Below are positions 59,246-64,000 of a stretch of 64,000 bases of DNA, piece after piece (position 1 is the first letter of the stretch; every line of letters starts with the position of its first letter). The translations under genes and the position numbers were made by a program. Source of the DNA: Macrostomum lignano (Eukaryota); contig NIVC01001373.1 in assembly GCA_002269645.1 (NCBI GenBank), positions 62,001-126,000 on the forward strand, written 5' to 3'. A model generated the notes under the pieces. The model saw only the letters and a program-made list of their open reading frames with translations. It ran no database searches and was not told the origin of the DNA.

Positions 59246-60953
59246 ATGGGGAACTTATTTAAAGGCCGAGGAGGTCAAAGAGGTCAGGCGAGACCGGCAG
59301 ATGCTCAACCGGTTAGTGGGTAAGTAGTCCCTAATGATAGTAAGGAGATTGTGCTGACATGCTGCAGTTGCTTTCAAAACTCTTGCAGGTCAAGTCATGG
59401 GGAACTACTAACTGCATGATCCTCTCCTATGAATGTGTGAATGCTTTTATTTCCGGTAAACCAGTTTCAAATGAAGCTGCATGAGAGACACCAATTCTTT
59501 TGACCTTGCTTCGACATTTTATTTTGGAAAACTTTTAAATCCGTCTATCCTGGCTGCTCTGCTCCCATAAATAACGTAAAATACAATTTCAAAACAATCG
59601 ATCAAAATAACTAAAACTCAGAGGGCTCTGCATGAACTACTACTTATAGTACTACCATAAAATACACTAAAAGTATTCCTTCATGAATCATGAATCATAA
59701 CGGGTAATGAAGTATAAATTTATTTATATAGTCACACTATACTAAATCTAAGCAAAAATTAAACAAATTCTCCCCCTTAGCAGCGCGAGCAACGAGGTGG
59801 ACCCTGCCGTCATTGCCTATCTCGAGGATGGATTCCAAAAGCTGCAATCCGATCCCAACTGCAAGTCCCTGCTAAAAAAACATCTTACTGCCGAGGTGCT
59901 GCAAAAACTAAAGGGCCTGAAGACCGCCACTTTTGGATCCACCCTAAAAGATGTCATTCAGTCAGGTAATAGGAATCATCCGAGACTATATCTCAACCAC
60001 GAAATACAGTGTGCATTCAACACAAACCCAAAAACACTATGACAGGCGTGGAGAACCCCGACTCCGGAGTGGGTGTCTACGCTCCCGACGCCGAGGCGTA
60101 CACGGTGTTCGCCGACCTGTTCGACCCGATCATCGAGGAGTACCATGGAGGCTTCAAGCGGACTGACAGGCACCCGCCGTGCACGCTGGGCGACCCGAAC
60201 CAGTTCGGCGACGTGGACCCGGAGGGAAAGTACGTCGTGTCGACCCGAATCCGGTGCGGCAGGTCGGTGAAGCAGTTCCCGTTCAACCCGAACATGACGG
60301 AGGAGCACTACAAGCAGCTGGAGGAGCTCGTGTCGGGAACGCTGAAGGACATGTCGGGCGAGCTGAAGGGCACGTATTACCCACTGACCGGGATGACCAA
60401 GGAGGTGCAGCAGCAGCTGATTGACGACCACTTTTTGTTCAAGGAGGGCGACCGGTTCCTGCAGAAGGCGAACGCGTGCCGCTACTGGCCGACGGGTCGC
60501 GGCATCTACCATAACGACAGCAAGACGTTCCTGGTGTGGGTCGGCGAGGAGGACCACATGCGTATAATCTCGATGCAGAAGGGGGGCTGCATCCGGGAGG
60601 TCTACGGCCGGCTGGTGAACGCGGTGAACGAGATCGAAAAGCGGATGGCGTTCAGCCACGACGAGCGTCTCGGCTTCCTGACCTTCTGCCCGACGAACCT
60701 GGGCACCACGATCCGCGCCTCGGTGCACATCAAGTTGCCCAAGCTGGCCGCTGGAGGCCAGGAAGCTCTGCAGCGCGTGGCCGACCGGTTCCAGCTGCAG
60801 GTGCGCGGCTCAGCCGGTGAGCACTCCGAGGCTGTCGGCGGACTCTACGACATCTCCAACAAGGAGCGCATGGGTCTCACCGAGTTCGATGCTGTCAGCA
60901 AGATGAACCACGGCATCGCTGAGCTGATCAAAATAGAGAAGGAGCTGGAGTAG
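59246..60953 (+). CDS. AK: Arginine kinase (single-domain phosphagen kinase); exons 59246-59319, 59781-59965, 60046-60953; 388 aa
   Basis: KSLLKKHL; DVIQSG|[18 protein letters not shown] (AK-type guanidino-specificity loop); STRIRCGRS; FKEGDRFLQ; WVGEEDH; CPTNLGT. Exon 1 (MGNLFK...VSG) ends GG|GTAAGT in the required phase 2; confidence in exon 1 itself is about 0.75. Confidence 0.93.
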
Positions 60954-63900
60954 GAACCTTTTTTGAGTTTTTCACTCTGGACTTTATTCTGGTCTTGTCC
61001 CCTCCTATTGTTAACTTTTTGTGCGAATTAAACCCTATCTTTTCTACACATCTCTATTCACCCATACGCTCGTAGCTTTAGGAACTGTTTTAAAGACTTG
61101 TTGCTTCTTTCCTTTTCACGGCATGCGTTCATTGTTTAGGTCAGTTTGTTTAAGACAATATTATTTTCTTGCGGTTTCTTTTTTTGGCTGCTTTTTAAGG
61201 CGCTATTCTGTCGTTTGAGTACATTTGACCGAGAGTTCGCGTATTCTTTTTCGGTAATGCCTTTTTTTTCAAACAACTGTTAGGAAAGCCTACAGAGCTT
61301 TTTTGTAAGGATTAGATCTGAGCACCTTGCAGCACTACCTGAGACCACAGTCCTTACGGATGTTTAGCTTGCGCTAGTTGCAGTTTTTGCCTTTGTTTTT
61401 GTGTTTCAGATCCTGTTTTGCTTTTTATGCCCTATGTGCAGTGTTTTTTTGTTTTAGTGCACCTCTAAAAATTCGAATGCCCCTATAGAAAACTTTTTGA
61501 GTAATAATAGTTTTAAAAATATATTTATATCAATTGTGACGCATATTCTCCGGTTATTACTGCGTTTAGGCTATCCCAAAAAAATTCTTTGCGAGTTTTT
61601 CTTCCCTTTAGTCGTTGTAAAGAAGTACAATCTTCTGTAGGAGCGTTGCTTGGTTTATTGTCTTACTGACTGTTATTATGATATGTACATATCTATGGCA
61701 ACAATTGCTAGCTACGTACGTCAGCCTACGGAAAGTTAGCATTGAAACATAAACAAGAATCGCCTGATACGAGGAGAAGAGCCATACAGTCGAATCTCCG
61801 AGCGAAGGAGGCCTGGGTTATCTCCGCTATCCATGTCTATCCATCTCGTTGGTTTGTCTATGGTGGCAGAGAGGTACGCTACTGATTATCACCGCTTATT
61901 TAACACTGGGGGAATAGACGAGGCGCACAGGCAAAGTGTATTACATGCTCGAAAATTTGACTTAAATATGGTGCTACCGCGGTCGCAGCTCAATCTGTTC
62001 GCTAGACAACGACACACGAGAACATGTACACTCGTATGCGCGGGCTTACGAGTACGCAAATCGAGTAGGAGCGCAAACTCTGGTAGCAGGGTAGTAGTTG
62101 TTGCATGCAGAGTGGGGACTTCACGCATCATGCAGCCAATGTACATAACGTATTGGTGTTGCTGTGGCCTGTACATGTACATGTAGTCTTACCGACACGA
62201 CAGTAATGAATCCGCAAACCAATTTGACATTTACTTATTTAAAGCTGGACAAGTATTTTAATTTTTCCGGAAGGTCACACACACTAGAATATGTAGATGG
62301 GGGCCACTTTGCAAAACAGCTTTCTACTTTCAGTTCAGTAGCAATGAAGAATACGTAATCTATTCTATAGGAATAAAGGCAGCTGAGATGACTTTGATAA
62401 GTTTAGAAGCCCAGCTTGCAGGCGTAAACAGCTTGCTAATTGGTTCAGCCATAAATGTACATTAGCCACTGAATTGTAGAGGTAGAAGGAGTTTGAGGGT
62501 TTAAGCTTGGGGGTAAGAGACAGTGAAATAAGCCTTGTCTTTAAATAAGAATACTTACTGAACTGAAAGTAGCTTACACGCAAATATGCTGAGTGGTCCA
62601 TCTAAGAATTACGCTCGTAGATATTCTAGTAGTATCCGTGGGAGATTGAAAATGAAAACAGTAGAAAAGTTTTCCGCTAAATAAAAAATGACGACATTAT
62701 TCTCAAAGTAAAACGCATGTGATGAAGTTGCGGGTAGGGTAAGCCCAGCTAGCTGTAAATAAAACTTAACCATTACCAACGTATTACGTACCTTTGCTTT
62801 TGTAGTACATTTATACAGTATGTTTTTTATGTACTGTCATCAGAAATTAAATTTACCATATCAATTACTGAGTAGTTGAGTTCTAGATAAGCATGTAGAT
62901 CGTTTGAAATTCGATCAAAGTGCGTGCTGTAGCCTATATTATCATTAAATGCTGTACATGAGTACGTTGCATAAAATGAATGACATTTGGTTAGGAATTG
63001 CTAGGAGCATAATTAACATCAATATTTCGTTTTACAACCTCCTGGGGCTGGGTGGTTTTTTTATGCATTTTTGTGACTTTTACGCAGCTACAAACATATC
63101 TTCGCGCTGCTTATCTGGCGATTATTTAAAAATTACTATTTCGCGGAATTTTTTTACTCGATGAGTTAAAATTTTACATTAGCTTTGTTTGCACTCACAA
63201 ACTCAATGTCCCCGACGCCTTTCCTTGCCTTGACGGGATGGATTGGAACTTTTGAGTAGAAAGACATCATAATATTGGGAATTTTATTTATGCGTTGTAG
63301 GTCTTTAATAGCCTAAGTTTAATTGCTCTCAACCGACATGTAATTCAGTAATTCTAATTGTAGTTGATAATAGTTCTTTGGCTCAATATAAAAAAAATAA
63401 TGACTACAATTAAGCCTTTATATACTACTTAAATCCAACACTAATTAGATTTGTATCTCTATATAAAATTATCATTTATCTGATAGAGTGAAAACTTAGC
63501 ATTTATCTTAATTGGAATGGTCTATTGCCATTGAGTCCTTAGAATATATGGCAATGTTTTTATATTTAATTAAATTATTTTGACACAGATTTCTTTTTAG
63601 TTGCAATGTCCAATTTCAAAATTTATTTAGGAAAGTATTGGAAAAATTTTCCAAATTTTTTTGAAAAATTTTGCATCCTGATTGCAAAAAAAACTTTAAA
63701 AACCTAGTGCTAGCACCAGAAAAAACATTTTTCTTTCCTTTTCAGTTTTTAAAAACAGTTTTTAAAAAATAAATTTTATGCATCAGGATTCAGGATATTG
63801 TGGGTGGGCAGGGCCCCACATCCACGGTGGTGCAGCGTATAATTATGTGTCGTAGCATGCCATTGCACACCATGGGATACTTTCTCTAAACCGTGGTACG

Positions 63901-64000
63901 CCATGTATGCCAAAATTGGCCCAAAATTTCCCTGTGTACGCCGAAATTTTCTAGGTAAAATGCCATCTTCCTGACTATAGTGCTAGAATACAAAATCACT

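Noticed and set aside
59246-60953. Taurocyamine, creatine or two-domain phosphagen kinase
   Set aside because: A single domain ending at TAG 60953, with an AK-type short specificity loop (NPDSGVGVY) and the Asp/Arg pair typical of arginine kinases. Specificity is still unproven without an assay.
61000-64000. Genes or RNA genes in the distal AT-rich region
   Set aside because: Only short ORFs without recognisable motifs, and no tRNA or rRNA signatures seen.

Overview
Intron-rich animal genomic DNA. By my rough tally about a third of it is intronic or intergenic minisatellite. That style, with GC-rich exons and RTE retroposons, resembles the free-living flatworm Macrostomum, but the species is my inference. 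I could reconstruct five host genes from splice sites and reading-frame phase: (1) a ~29.7-kb, ~16-exon Elk/Kv12 (KCNH family) K+ channel on the minus strand, with one GC-AG intron and one possibly retroposon-derived exon; (2) a 2-exon GILT/IFI30 thiol reductase with an N-terminal saposin-A-like module; (3) a 5-exon ELOVL4-like elongase; (4) a 2-exon uncharacterised class I SAM methyltransferase; (5) a 3-exon arginine kinase whose first exon adds an MGNLFK putative myristoylation leader. Mobile DNA comprises a full-length P/THAP9-type transposon (37-bp TIRs, 7-bp TSD, one nonsense codon at the conserved THAP Trp), a 5'-truncated RTE LINE with a 10-bp TSD, a 5'-inverted (twin-priming-like) RTE copy, two Tc1/IS630-like deletion derivatives (one with a satellite grown from its own terminal motif), a mariner-type foldback MITE and small hairpin MITEs. 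I found no rRNA, tRNA or CRISPR array. Most long ORFs in the supplied track are artefacts of tandem repeats. I cannot claim a wholly new biological system; the best leads are the candidate lipid-anchored arginine kinase, the near-intact P element, the candidate RTE-derived channel exon and the TE-born satellite.
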